Source: a virus (Duplodnaviria; Caudoviricetes). Taken from it: DNA of 64,000 bases. The position numbers and the translations under genes were made by a program. The notes below the pieces were generated by a model, which did not search any database, had not been told where the DNA came from, and worked only from the letters and a program-made list of their open reading frames with translations. Below are positions 47,686 to 57,357 of the stretch, piece by piece. How positions within the stretch are numbered: position 1 is the stretch's first letter; each line of letters begins with the position of its first letter. The stretch lies in IMG/VR virus record IMGVR_UViG_2775507243_000004, positions 19,053 through 83,052 of that record; one strand, given 5' to 3'.

Positions 47686-47977
47686 AAATCCCCCTTAGCA
47701 CCAGTACCGTCAGCCCGCTGCCATCAGGCTCCAGATTCACGACGCTGTATTCCCCCTGTCCCGCCACACTGACACGGCTGTTTTTAATCACGCCATGGGC
47801 TCGCTCGTCTCGCACCACAAAATGCGGCTCGCGCAGGCCGGTATTTAATTTGCCGATCATGGGCTGCAGCCAAGGCGCAGCAAACATGCCTTGCGCCGGC
47901 TGCCCGTCAATCAGCGCTTGGTCTCCCAGCGAATCAAAAACAGCCGTATCCATTTCTGCAATCAGATCGCGAAACAT
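47678..47977 (-). CDS. Head-tail joining protein (gpFII-like)
   Basis: EPDGSGLT.L motif; downstream of capsid. Confidence 0.75.
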   Translation of the reverse strand: MFRDLIAEMDTAVFDSLGDQALIDGQPAQGMFAAPWLQPMIGKLNTGLREPHFVVRDERAHGVIKNSRVSVAGQGEYSVVNLEPDGSGLTVLVLRGIYD

Positions 47978-47980
47978 GGC

Positions 47981-48976
47981 TTACACCTTGAGTTTGATCA
48001 CCGCACCGGGCCGAGTGCAGAGATTGAGTGGATTAGATTGTGATTCCATATCAATGCCCTTGCCGTGGAGCATGGTTTCTTGTGAGGTGTAATACGGCAG
48101 GCCATTGGTGTTCACGGTTTCGATATGATCAGCTGGCGCAAAGCGCGTTACAAATAGCTCAGTTACACCTTCCGGTACGGCATAGGCTTCGTCATCACCG
48201 ACAAAGGCCTTACCACCTACTTTGCCGCGATAACGCTCAAAGACGCAGCCGCCAAACTCAATCACTTCCCGCGGCTCGCCACGCAATGCGGCAGCCAGCT
48301 CACTGTTTAAATAAGTGGCTTCAAACGAATCATTGGAGAGCAATGCAGCCCAGAAATTTTTACCGCAAAACACCCGCACCCCTGTATGCGTCAGGGCACC
48401 AAGCGCATCCTCGATCGCCTCATGAATTTCAAGGCACTTACTGCGTAAATGCATATCCGGCTTAGCCAGATCCATCGTAATCACGACCTGTTTAATACCA
48501 AACCGGTCATATAAATTAAGCAGCGGCGTCTTGCCATCCGCATCCAGAATCACACCCTTGATAGCGCCAATGCGGTGAAACTCAATCGTGGCATCCAACT
48601 GGCGGCGATGTTTAGCTAGGCGCTTGGAGACAAGGTTTTGCACCGATTCCATTTCGGTCTCGCTACCAAATGAGCGCAAGCCTTGCACCTCATCAGCACG
48701 AATACTGGAGCGCTGTGGCAGGTGAATCGTATTAAACGGGATCAGCTGACGCTTGGTTCCGCCAACCACTTGCCCAGGTGCGCCGCGCTCACCGGCTGAC
48801 ACCAGCGCCAGCGTATCGCCGTCTTTTTCAATCTGCACCGTGGTCGTAGTGATGCCTTCTTCTTCAAACAGACCCAGCGTCCCGATACGCCCAGGCACAT
48901 GCGGCATGCTATTAATTGCCGCGGTCAGTGTGGACATAGAAAATGCGCCGTCGTTAAAAATATCGATGCTAGCCAT
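47981..48976 (-). CDS. Major capsid protein (lambda gpE-like)
   Basis: FS...LTAAIN, LGLF.E.G, T.E.HRIGA and QSNPL...TRP motifs. Confidence 0.93.
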   Translation of the reverse strand: MASIDIFNDGAFSMSTLTAAINSMPHVPGRIGTLGLFEEEGITTTTVQIEKDGDTLALVSAGERGAPGQVVGGTKRQLIPFNTIHLPQRSSIRADEVQGLRSFGSETEMESVQNLVSKRLAKHRRQLDATIEFHRIGAIKGVILDADGKTPLLNLYDRFGIKQVVITMDLAKPDMHLRSKCLEIHEAIEDALGALTHTGVRVFCGKNFWAALLSNDSFEATYLNSELAAALRGEPREVIEFGGCVFERYRGKVGGKAFVGDDEAYAVPEGVTELFVTRFAPADHIETVNTNGLPYYTSQETMLHGKGIDMESQSNPLNLCTRPGAVIKLKV

Positions 48977-49041
48977 ATAGCGGCTTCCTTAAATGAAAAA
49001 ACCCAGCAGCGCTGGGTTATGGGTAGAGGGGGAGATCGGCC

Positions 49042-49389
49042 TTAGCGGACGATAATGTTCAGTTCAGCCAGTTGCGCCGTGACCTGCGCATCTAAACCGG
49101 TCAATTCAGCCGCACTGACCTCGGCCAGCCGGGCCGTGATCGTCACTTGCAAAGGCGCTTCGCGCGCTCCTGCCGGCGCATACAAAATGGCGCTGGCTTT
49201 AACCACCGCCTTACTGCCTTCAGCCGGTGCGGCATAGGCCGAATAGAGCAGTGTTTTGTCATCAAAAGAGAGAATCTGCCCAGAAGGCAAAGCAGGCCCA
49301 GCGGCCAGTTGCGCCAGATCGGCGCTCAGCGTACCCACGGTTGACAGTAAATACTGACCCGCGCGGGCCTTTTGAGTAATGACGTTCAT
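49042..49389 (-). CDS. Head decoration protein (lambda gpD-like)
   Basis: G.IL, A.AIL, RLAEV and IIVR end; between protease and capsid. Confidence 0.75.
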   Translation of the reverse strand: MNVITQKARAGQYLLSTVGTLSADLAQLAAGPALPSGQILSFDDKTLLYSAYAAPAEGSKAVVKASAILYAPAGAREAPLQVTITARLAEVSAAELTGLDAQVTAQLAELNIIVR

Positions 49390-50537
49390 GATAAACCTCG
49401 GATCGTGATGGGATTAACCGCCGGAGAGCGGCGCTGTGCATAAATACTGTGGGCATTCGGGCCACTGTTCACCGGTTTGGCGGGTGTTTCATCAGGTGGA
49501 GTCGCATCCAGCTCTTCCCCCGCCGCCGTCACCAATTTGTTAAATAAGCGCTCCCGCGCCGCATCGATGCTGATCCCTGCGGCAATCAGACTGGCCGCCA
49601 TTTCTGGCAACTTGGCCGTCAGCGTCATATCGCGAATGGCGATCGCTTCATTCACGCTGCTCCGTACCGCCTGCTCGTTGGCCAGCGCCGAAACAGCCAC
49701 CACCCGCATCACGGCGACACTGGGCAATTGAGCGCTATTACATAACTCAGCCGCCAGTGCAGCCATGGCCACGGTATCAACCGGTTGAATCACCGGCGCG
49801 GGCTCAGGGGGTAAATCAGGCGGCACGATCTCTGCCGAATCCTTTAGCGCAGCCATCAATGCCACCGGCGCATTACCGATCCGGCCCACCGCCGCAGTCA
49901 TTGCTGCACTGGCCTGCATATTGACGGTCGGTGCAATCTCATCAGCAAAGCCCAGCGCAAGCGACTCCTGCGCGGTCAACCATGTGGTTTCATTCATCAT
50001 TTTGGACAGCGTTTCAACATCCACCCCACTGGCTTTCACACGGTAGCAAGCAATCAGGCATTGCTTGGCCTGATCCATAAAATCAGCCACCGCCCGCAAA
50101 TCACCCGATTCCCCCATCGCCACCGTTGCTGGGTTATGGATCATCAGCATGGCGTTGTCTGGCATCACCACTTTATGAGCGCCCATTGCAATTACACTGG
50201 CAATACTGGCGGCAAGGCCATCAATACGAGCCGTAACGCGCTCACCCATGCGGCGCAGCACGTTATGAATGGCAAGACCATCCCATACATCGCCACCGAT
50301 GCTGTTAATCGCCACCACCACCGGCCGCTTGCCATCATCGACCGCATTCAGATCACGGATAAAATCAGCAGCACGAATGCCCCAGTCACCGATCTGGTCG
50401 TATAAAAACACTTCGATCGGTGCATCGGGCTTGCCTTCCGCCGCATTGCGAATGCTGTACCAGCTGCTGCCACTGCCATCACCCGCAGATGCGGCACTAT
50501 TCATCAGCCGCGGAGCGTTATTTTTCATCTTCATCAT
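49386..50537 (-). CDS. ClpP-like head maturation protease with scaffold region
   Basis: INSIGGDV, GLAASIAS, MIHNP and ETTW motifs; start at 50537 or 50534. Confidence 0.92.
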   Translation of the reverse strand: MMKMKNNAPRLMNSAASAGDGSGSSWYSIRNAAEGKPDAPIEVFLYDQIGDWGIRAADFIRDLNAVDDGKRPVVVAINSIGGDVWDGLAIHNVLRRMGERVTARIDGLAASIASVIAMGAHKVVMPDNAMLMIHNPATVAMGESGDLRAVADFMDQAKQCLIACYRVKASGVDVETLSKMMNETTWLTAQESLALGFADEIAPTVNMQASAAMTAAVGRIGNAPVALMAALKDSAEIVPPDLPPEPAPVIQPVDTVAMAALAAELCNSAQLPSVAVMRVVAVSALANEQAVRSSVNEAIAIRDMTLTAKLPEMAASLIAAGISIDAARERLFNKLVTAAGEELDATPPDETPAKPVNSGPNAHSIYAQRRSPAVNPITIRGLS

Positions 50538-51987
50538 TTTCCTTTGGAGATCCGTCTGCTGCCTCGACAAGGCGGGCATCAGAATCAAAATGCAGATTCA
50601 TCCGGTCTGCCCGGGCGTTGTCTTCTTCGATCTCACGATCGATCGTTTCAGGGTCTTCACCGCGTTTAAGAATGACGGCAGAGCGACTGGTAAACCCAGC
50701 CCGCACCAGTTTTTGATCGGCCTGCACATCCTGTACCGGGTGCAGATACGGCCAGCCTTGCGGCACCCAATTAGTCCGGCGATAAACACGCGGATTATTG
50801 GCATAGCCCGGCAACACAATCGCCCCCGACAGCACCGCCATATCCATCCAGGCATTACGAGTGGGCCTGCACAACTGATGCACAAAAACACCGTGCTGCC
50901 GTTGCTCCACCCTTCGGCGAAATTCATTCAAAATGACGCGCATCACTCGGTCACTGATATTGCGTAAGTCGCCGGAGAGCAGCTCATAAGGCAAGCCAAT
51001 CCCAGCCGCGACCGCAGCCAGTTGCTGGCGCATAAATTCGTCATAGTTATTGCCAGCATCCGGCGGTTTAGAAAACGCCACCTCTTCGCCCGGCTCCAGC
51101 TCCTGCATCGTGCCGGGCTCTAAACCCACCATCGAAAAGCCCTGCGTTTCAGTGGTCTGCATCCCGGGGAACATTGCGCCTTCCGGACTGGGCTTGCTGA
51201 TAAAACCAGCAAACAGATTGGCCACCTCTTGCCGGAACAACACTGCATCATCGAATTCATCCAGCGTTTTCATGCGCAGCAAAACGGGTGCCAGATGCGG
51301 CACACCCCGCAGCTGCCCCGGTCGGGTGGGTTCAAAGATATGCAGAATCTGACTGGCCTCGATGCGGATCAGATCGTTATAAACACCCTGACCCCGCTCG
51401 CCTGGATGGCTGCGATACATCCAATAGGCAATACGCTGGCCAGTTTGATTAAATTCAATCCCTTGCCGAATATCGTTGCCATTGGGCGCCTTGCCATTTT
51501 TGTCATGCGGGATAAACTCCGGTTCCAAAATCTGGATCTGCAAAGGCACGGCCAATCCTTCTTTCAGGCTACGCGGCCGCAGGCGCACAAAACACTCGCC
51601 AGACTCAAACATCGAGCGGGCCGCCAACAGCTGCTGGCCATAAAAATCCAGCTGGCCGTCAGCATCCGATTCCTCGCACCAATCGCCCCATAAATCCTGT
51701 AATTCACGGCGAATAGTCGCGTCTGAATGCTTAGGCATCGGCACAATGCCAGTGCCGATATGATTACTGCCCAGCTTATCCAGTGCCGTGGCGGCGTAAG
51801 GATCATTACGAACCGCCGCCCTGCTGCGATTTCGCAGTGTTTGTAAACCAGCACTGCCGGTGCTGACCGGACCGTTGCCGCCGGGTTGCCAGTTGGCCGC
51901 CCGGCGCCCTTGCCCTGCGCCGTCATAACTGTTTTTTAAACGCGCCGGCAAGATAAACCCCTTAGAAGCCAGTGCTGAATAAGCCAT
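50518..51987 (-). CDS. Portal protein, lambda family
   Basis: YDGA, LRNRSR, GECF, RPGQLRGVP and PYELLSGD motifs. Confidence 0.94.
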   Translation of the reverse strand: MAYSALASKGFILPARLKNSYDGAGQGRRAANWQPGGNGPVSTGSAGLQTLRNRSRAAVRNDPYAATALDKLGSNHIGTGIVPMPKHSDATIRRELQDLWGDWCEESDADGQLDFYGQQLLAARSMFESGECFVRLRPRSLKEGLAVPLQIQILEPEFIPHDKNGKAPNGNDIRQGIEFNQTGQRIAYWMYRSHPGERGQGVYNDLIRIEASQILHIFEPTRPGQLRGVPHLAPVLLRMKTLDEFDDAVLFRQEVANLFAGFISKPSPEGAMFPGMQTTETQGFSMVGLEPGTMQELEPGEEVAFSKPPDAGNNYDEFMRQQLAAVAAGIGLPYELLSGDLRNISDRVMRVILNEFRRRVEQRQHGVFVHQLCRPTRNAWMDMAVLSGAIVLPGYANNPRVYRRTNWVPQGWPYLHPVQDVQADQKLVRAGFTSRSAVILKRGEDPETIDREIEEDNARADRMNLHFDSDARLVEAADGSPKENDEDEK

Positions 51988-52196
51988 CAGATCCCCTTTC
52001 CGGCATGAAACATCCGGTGCTGACGCGTTTTAGCATGGCCCGCTTGTACTGACAGATCACTGATCGCGAGATGCCTCGCCGCAATCAGCTCAGAAATATT
52101 GCGGTATTCAACCCGGCGGTCTGCGTACTGAATCACCCGCTCGCCCCGGGCGATGGCTTTATTGATTGCGTCCAGATCTTGCTGAGTAAATGCCAT
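51987..52196 (-). CDS. Head-tail joining protein gpW-like
   Basis: AIARGE..IQY.DRRVEYR motif. Confidence 0.85.
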   Translation of the reverse strand: MAFTQQDLDAINKAIARGERVIQYADRRVEYRNISELIAARHLAISDLSVQAGHAKTRQHRMFHAGKGI

Positions 52197-52197
52197 A

Positions 52198-54147
52198 TTA
52201 ACGTCGCTTCAAATAGCCAGAGCGCGCCACCCGGCGAGCTGCAATGGGAGGGTCAGAAACAAAAGACCCCGCAGTTGCGGGGTCTCGTCGGGGTGATGCG
52301 TGGGCTTGCGCCGGCTTGGGCTCATCAAATAAGCCTGTTTGCGCGTAGCGCATCTTCAGCACATTCCAATCGGCCTGCTGAAAACGGTGCAAGCCCATGT
52401 AATGCGCCATCGCTAAGCTGTATACGGTTAAATCCAGCACCTCATTGCGGTCTGATTTGGCCTTGGTCCAGTCGGTGATTTCACGGCCTTTAATAAAGCG
52501 CCGGATTTTGCGCTCTACCGTCAGCTGATCGTAGAACTCAGCCGGTAGATCTTTACTAAAGTGCTGCGCGCCCGGCCCGTCGAGTAGTTTAAAACGGTTA
52601 TAAAGCCAGTCTTTAGCGGTGTCGGTTCCGATCATCCACAGCTCACAACCGCCTTTATCGGTGGTTCCCCGCCAAGTGACATCGACCTTGCTGGCCCGCG
52701 CCGCCAGAATCGGCCGGCCTCGTTTGCTCTCGCCCTTAATCGCCAGCACATGGCGATAACGGCGCAGCCGGCAGAACTGATAAACCTCCTGCGTGTGATG
52801 GCCACCGGTATCGATGGCCGTCGCAGAAATCCCCATGCTCTGGCCATGCGGGTGAATAAATTCTTTTTTTAATTCTTCATCCAGCATTTCCCATGAGCGC
52901 TCTTCGGCCGGATCACACATCATCACCCGATGATCGATGGTCCAGCTTTCCAGCCCTTCGCCCCAGCCTTTAATCAGCAGCTCCAAGCGGTTGGCCTGCA
53001 CGTCAACAGAGGCCGTCAGGATCAACACGCCCAGCGGAAGACTACGCAAAGCGTAGTCCTCGGCCCGCGCCATCAGCTCACTGCCTCGGGTGCGCTCTTG
53101 CGCGTTATCCCAAACCTGTGCCAGCCGCGTATTGTAAAAAACCTGCATCGGCTCCGGGTCTCCCCGCTGTAATGCAATGGCGGCTTTTTCATATTGCTTC
53201 AGTAATGAGCCCCAAGACACCCAACCGAGCGGCATATTTAAAGCATTAATCTGAAAGGATTCGGTTTCCCCGTCTCCTGCCGCACCGGCCCGCCACTCAC
53301 CAGCAGGGAGCATTGCTGTTTTATGGTGCTCATCAATCAGACAACCGCTGGCAGTACACACATAGTGGGCCTCGCTGTGCTCGCTATTCCAGCGCAGCTG
53401 CTCAAACACCAGCGTCTGAAACTCGCCGCAATGCGGGCAGCCCACATAAAATCGCTGCTGAGTGCCTTCCAAATACAGATCATTAATCCGGCTGGAGCCT
53501 TCAAGCGTGGGCGAACTGGAATAATAAATCTTGGCGTTACGGCCAAAGGTACTGGTCCGCGCCTCGGCCAGATCAACCGGGTCGCCTTCTTCGTTTACAT
53601 TGCGCTCCCAGCGATCAATCTCATCGCCGTATAAATAACGCGCACTGACTTCGGCCAGATTGGCGGCCGAGCCCGCGGTGGTAATCATCAAAGTGCCGCC
53701 GGAAAATTCTTTGGTATCGATGGTATTGCGGCTGTCGCGGCTACGTGGGGAGGCGACTTTTTCGCGCAGCACGGGAATAGCATCGATGTTTTTACCGATG
53801 CGCCCAGACAAACGCTTTGCCAGATTTAAGGACGGCTCCAGCGCCAGAATATTGCTGGGCGCCATATGGATTACCGCGCACATCCAGTTTAAAAACACCT
53901 GCGTCTTCAGCATCTGCGAAGCGCCCATCACCACCACCCGGCGGCAAGGATGCGTCGGAGATAACACCCGCATCACCTGCTGCGCATACGGCGTGCGACG
54001 GGTTAAATACTTGCCCGGCTCAGCGGCGCCCGAATCGGTGGGGATCCGCTGATACTGGTCGGCCCATTCATCAATCCATAAGGCCGGATCAGGCATCAGG
54101 CCTGCGGCAAAGCCATCCAGATAAGTGGTAAATCCGTCTGCATACAT
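52198..54147 (-). CDS. Terminase large subunit (lambda gpA family)
   Basis: SQMLKT Walker A, YGDEIDRW, SSPT, VDVQ, IDTGG and RNE.LD motifs. Confidence 0.95.
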   Translation of the reverse strand: MYADGFTTYLDGFAAGLMPDPALWIDEWADQYQRIPTDSGAAEPGKYLTRRTPYAQQVMRVLSPTHPCRRVVVMGASQMLKTQVFLNWMCAVIHMAPSNILALEPSLNLAKRLSGRIGKNIDAIPVLREKVASPRSRDSRNTIDTKEFSGGTLMITTAGSAANLAEVSARYLYGDEIDRWERNVNEEGDPVDLAEARTSTFGRNAKIYYSSSPTLEGSSRINDLYLEGTQQRFYVGCPHCGEFQTLVFEQLRWNSEHSEAHYVCTASGCLIDEHHKTAMLPAGEWRAGAAGDGETESFQINALNMPLGWVSWGSLLKQYEKAAIALQRGDPEPMQVFYNTRLAQVWDNAQERTRGSELMARAEDYALRSLPLGVLILTASVDVQANRLELLIKGWGEGLESWTIDHRVMMCDPAEERSWEMLDEELKKEFIHPHGQSMGISATAIDTGGHHTQEVYQFCRLRRYRHVLAIKGESKRGRPILAARASKVDVTWRGTTDKGGCELWMIGTDTAKDWLYNRFKLLDGPGAQHFSKDLPAEFYDQLTVERKIRRFIKGREITDWTKAKSDRNEVLDLTVYSLAMAHYMGLHRFQQADWNVLKMRYAQTGLFDEPKPAQAHASPRRDPATAGSFVSDPPIAARRVARSGYLKRR

Positions 54148-54157
54148 CGTGGGGTCC

Positions 54158-54748
54158 TTAGTTCATGGCGCGATCCATATCGTCTTTGCCCAATTTAGAA
54201 ACGTCTTCCAGCGTCTGACGTAAACGCTCGGTTAACAGCTGCTCAAGCGCCCACGGATCAGTGATCGCTGCTAGATCAGACGAGATTTGTTTGGGTACAC
54301 CCAGCAAGGTATCGCGCAAAAGGCGGCCATAGCGGTGGGCCGCATCGAGCACCGCCTGCCGGTCCACCGTCTGCTGGCAGACACGCTCGTATTCCACCTT
54401 AGCCAGTTTGGCCAGATAGCCTTCACGGCTGGTACGGGCTTCCTGAAAGTCGGTAAACATCAGTTCGCCAGACAAAGGCACTGCAGCGGCTTTAACCGGC
54501 AGAACCGGCCTGTCGGCGTGGACTTCGTTATACACATCGCGCTGAATCCGCGCCTGCTCATGCCGTTGCCGCACGCCCTCTTTTGCGGGGTCGATGGTTT
54601 TACCGATCAGCACCAGAGTAGCGGCACCATCGACTTTCTTACCATCGGGGGAAAGAATTAAACGGCCTGTTTTTAACAGCTTGGTCACATAGCTGGGCGA
54701 CCAGCCTTGCGAATCCGCAAAGGCCTTCTTGCTCAGATATGGGTCCAT
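54158..54748 (-). CDS. Terminase small subunit
   Basis: N-terminal wHTH (SKKAFA...SPSYVTKL..GRL) and coiled coil; upstream of terL. Confidence 0.85.
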   Translation of the reverse strand: MDPYLSKKAFADSQGWSPSYVTKLLKTGRLILSPDGKKVDGAATLVLIGKTIDPAKEGVRQRHEQARIQRDVYNEVHADRPVLPVKAAAVPLSGELMFTDFQEARTSREGYLAKLAKVEYERVCQQTVDRQAVLDAAHRYGRLLRDTLLGVPKQISSDLAAITDPWALEQLLTERLRQTLEDVSKLGKDDMDRAMN

Positions 54749-54750
54749 GC

Positions 54751-54885
54751 TTTCACCGGTTATTTTAGGATTTCACTCGATTTCACCTGAGGTGAAATTT
54801 CACTAACTTCACCCGACAGCCACTAAAAAGAAGCTGCGAGTCCAAGGCCCCGTACTGCCTCGGAAAGTGCCAGGGTCCCCGGCGG
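54751..54885 (-). other. Probable cos packaging region with repeated TTTCAC/GTGAAA motifs
   Basis: Directly upstream of terS; TTTCAC at 54751, 54771, 54781 and 54798, GTGAAA at 54792, GC-rich GGGGACCCTGGC segment. Confidence 0.5.
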
Positions 54886-55084
54886 GGAATCTCAGAATCG
54901 TATGAAAGGTCAAGGTGCTTGGCTCGTAGCCAGATCACCTCCTTCGAGGCTTAATAAAACAAGTGAACGGCATGGCCACCAAATAAAAAAGCCCAGCCGA
55001 TGGGCTGAGCTTTGGTGGCTGATCCACTTTGAACATATTAGGCTAACAATCAATAAAACGATTTAAAAACCCTATTAAAAAAAT

Positions 55085-56386
55085 TCAACCGTTATTAAAT
55101 TCATATTTTCTAGCAATATATTTAGCAGAGTTTTCAATGTAAGGAAAAACTGTGCTTTCATTAATATTCAAAAGATCAAGTTCTTGCAAAATACTATTTT
55201 CCTTTGAAACTCTAATTCTAAAAATTACAATATCATCAGCCCCTGTCTCTGCCAAAATAGCCTCAGAACCAAACAATAAAAAAGCACCGGATTGAGAGTA
55301 TATTCTATCATTACTTCTTTTACTTTCCACACAAACAACTTTCCGCAAATCTTCTGGAACAATTTCATTTTTAAAAAATGACTTTTCTTTACGAATAAAA
55401 TGAACAAGCCTTTTGACTTGATCTTGTTTATTAAACTCATCAACATCAGAAATATTGTATTTTATATCTTCTTTTTCTTCATGAGTAAGCCTAACAAGGT
55501 TGGCAATACAGCTAACTGTATCTGAATCAAAGTGTTTCACTTCCTTCTTAGGAATAGTAAACACAATAACCTCACCCCCCTCACTGTTCCCCATTGACTT
55601 ACAAGCAAAATACAGCGCAATCAATGGATTTGAAGTTATATCAAAAAGCCTTGTCGGCAGGGAGTAATGCTGCATTCTAACCAATCGATCTATTGTAGAT
55701 TCATCAGAAGCAAAATCTGCCGAGTTTGAAACAATTAGTTCTCTATAGAGGGCATCTTCATCTTTCAAATACATATAGTCACCCTTATCATTCTTTCTGA
55801 ACAAAGATGGCTCTAACTTATATTTATCACGATTAGAGTGTCCTCGATAGAAAACAGAAAATTCTTTTCCCGCTTTACATTTCAGTATTTCCTCTATAAA
55901 ACTCTGTACTGTTTTCACCTCTAATACTTTACTATTGCCCACTTCACTAGGGCCAGCTTCATCTTTAGGAAAATCATACGAACCAATAAATTTATTTTCT
56001 TTTAAAATAGAAATTAAATCTTTATCTTTAACCGCCCAATGAGTACGATTATTTTCCCACTTTCTAATATCCAAATCAAATGCAATATTATTTACAGACA
56101 AAAAATCTATCGCAACTACTTCATTATTCAATTCAAATGAAATTTCTATACTTTTAGCAGTCTTTATTATGTTACTTATCCTGCCAACTCGAACAGGCCC
56201 TTCCGTTCCACGTTCATACATAAACAGACATGGAAAAGATTTTAACCTTTTAATTTCATCGTCACTTAGCAAGCTAAATTGTTTGGCAACCTCTTCATTT
56301 GTATGCTCAAGAAAGCGACTCCTATCATATGTATAAGTACCTGAATCCCAAGCATTATCCTCAGCGGTCACTAATAAATTATACAT
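55085..56386 (-). CDS. FRG domain protein with N-terminal extra domain (AT-rich moron)
   Basis: FYRGH, LEPSLFR, MQHYSLPTRLFDITSNPLIALYFAC and RI.SQSG.F motifs. Confidence 0.88.
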   Translation of the reverse strand: MYNLLVTAEDNAWDSGTYTYDRSRFLEHTNEEVAKQFSLLSDDEIKRLKSFPCLFMYERGTEGPVRVGRISNIIKTAKSIEISFELNNEVVAIDFLSVNNIAFDLDIRKWENNRTHWAVKDKDLISILKENKFIGSYDFPKDEAGPSEVGNSKVLEVKTVQSFIEEILKCKAGKEFSVFYRGHSNRDKYKLEPSLFRKNDKGDYMYLKDEDALYRELIVSNSADFASDESTIDRLVRMQHYSLPTRLFDITSNPLIALYFACKSMGNSEGGEVIVFTIPKKEVKHFDSDTVSCIANLVRLTHEEKEDIKYNISDVDEFNKQDQVKRLVHFIRKEKSFFKNEIVPEDLRKVVCVESKRSNDRIYSQSGAFLLFGSEAILAETGADDIVIFRIRVSKENSILQELDLLNINESTVFPYIENSAKYIARKYEFNNG

Positions 56387-56603
56387 GCTGTACTTCCTCA
56401 AATTAACGACATCTTCTTGACAAGAATAAATGTATTTATCCTAATTTATTAGAAATAATACAGCATATTCATAAAGCATATGAATATCTATAACTTAGCT
56501 TCATCGTTATCGTTTTTTTCGACTACAAACCTTGTTATGCTTGACTTGCTCACCAGTGCTGCTTATCCATTCCCGAATAACCGAAGACTTAAAACAAAAA
56601 TAA

Positions 56604-56694
56604 AACCCATTGGGCTGACGGCCAGCACTAAAACGCATTCAAGCTGAATGCATACGATTGGGGATCTGGGGGCTGGCCATCAGGCCGATGGGTT
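56604..56694 (-). other. Long structured hairpin (23-bp imperfect stem with nested hairpin) followed by a T-rich tract
   Basis: AACCCATCGGCCTGATGGCCAGC pairs with GCTGGCCGTCAGCCCAATGGGTT; inner GCATTC/GAATGC. Confidence 0.5.
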
Positions 56695-56707
56695 CAAACG
56701 GCGGGCA

Positions 56708-56738
56708 ACAAAAAAGCCCCGATTTCTCAGGGCTTTGT
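56708..56738 (-). terminator. tR'-like terminator downstream of late promoter
   Basis: AAAGCCCTGAGAAATCGGGGCTTTTTTG on minus strand. Confidence 0.75.
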
Positions 56739-56752
56739 ATTTTGTAGGCGTG

Positions 56753-56799
56753 ATTGTATCCGCTGAAAACATGGTAGTTTTGTCCGGAACTAAAGTCAA
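56753..56799 (-). promoter_or_regulatory. pR'-like late promoter TTGACT-N17-TACCAT with downstream -10-like element TACAAT
   Basis: -35 at 56794-56799, -10 at 56771-56776, TACAAT at 56753-56758, then terminator. Confidence 0.7.
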
Positions 56800-57299
56800 G
56801 CAGAGATCATTGTAAGTTCATTACGACACGCCAATAGCTCTCTGCACTGCTCCTCAATAGTGGCGTATGCCTTCGTCGCAAGCAGCTCCAGTTGCATGAC
56901 GTATTTCTGCTCATACTCATTAGCGCGGGTACGGCCAACACCATGAAGAGCCGCGACTTGACGGCAAGTTGGCACTCCACAACCCGTGGCCCACTTACGA
57001 ATAAGCGCTTGGTTTGTAGTTAAACCAAACCTCCCGCCAATGACCCCTGCCAAATAAATCATTTCTGTATCTCGCTGCAGATGTAACGCCCATAAAGCGG
57101 CCCTTTCTTCTACACACAACCTGCCCACCTTAGCCAACACCATCGCGGCCTGATAGCGCTGGTCCTCCATACTCATGGCACCAAAGCCTGCACCAGTCTG
57201 CTCACCATAAGTCGCAATTTTAATGCCTGCCGAGCACTCAATTTGAAACGCCCAAGCCAGTAAAGATTTAATATTTTTGAATTGCATTATTGTCCCCAA
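56796..57299 (-). CDS. Putative late antiterminator (Q-like)
   Basis: Last early gene; C-terminal HTH-like segment; immediately followed by pR'/tR' architecture. Confidence 0.62.
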   Translation of the reverse strand: MGTIMQFKNIKSLLAWAFQIECSAGIKIATYGEQTGAGFGAMSMEDQRYQAAMVLAKVGRLCVEERAALWALHLQRDTEMIYLAGVIGGRFGLTTNQALIRKWATGCGVPTCRQVAALHGVGRTRANEYEQKYVMQLELLATKAYATIEEQCRELLACRNELTMISA

Positions 57300-57357
57300 T
57301 CATTCCCCGAGGCTCTTAGCCCGATCATTGTCAGGCTTTATTTTTGGTACTGCGTAC

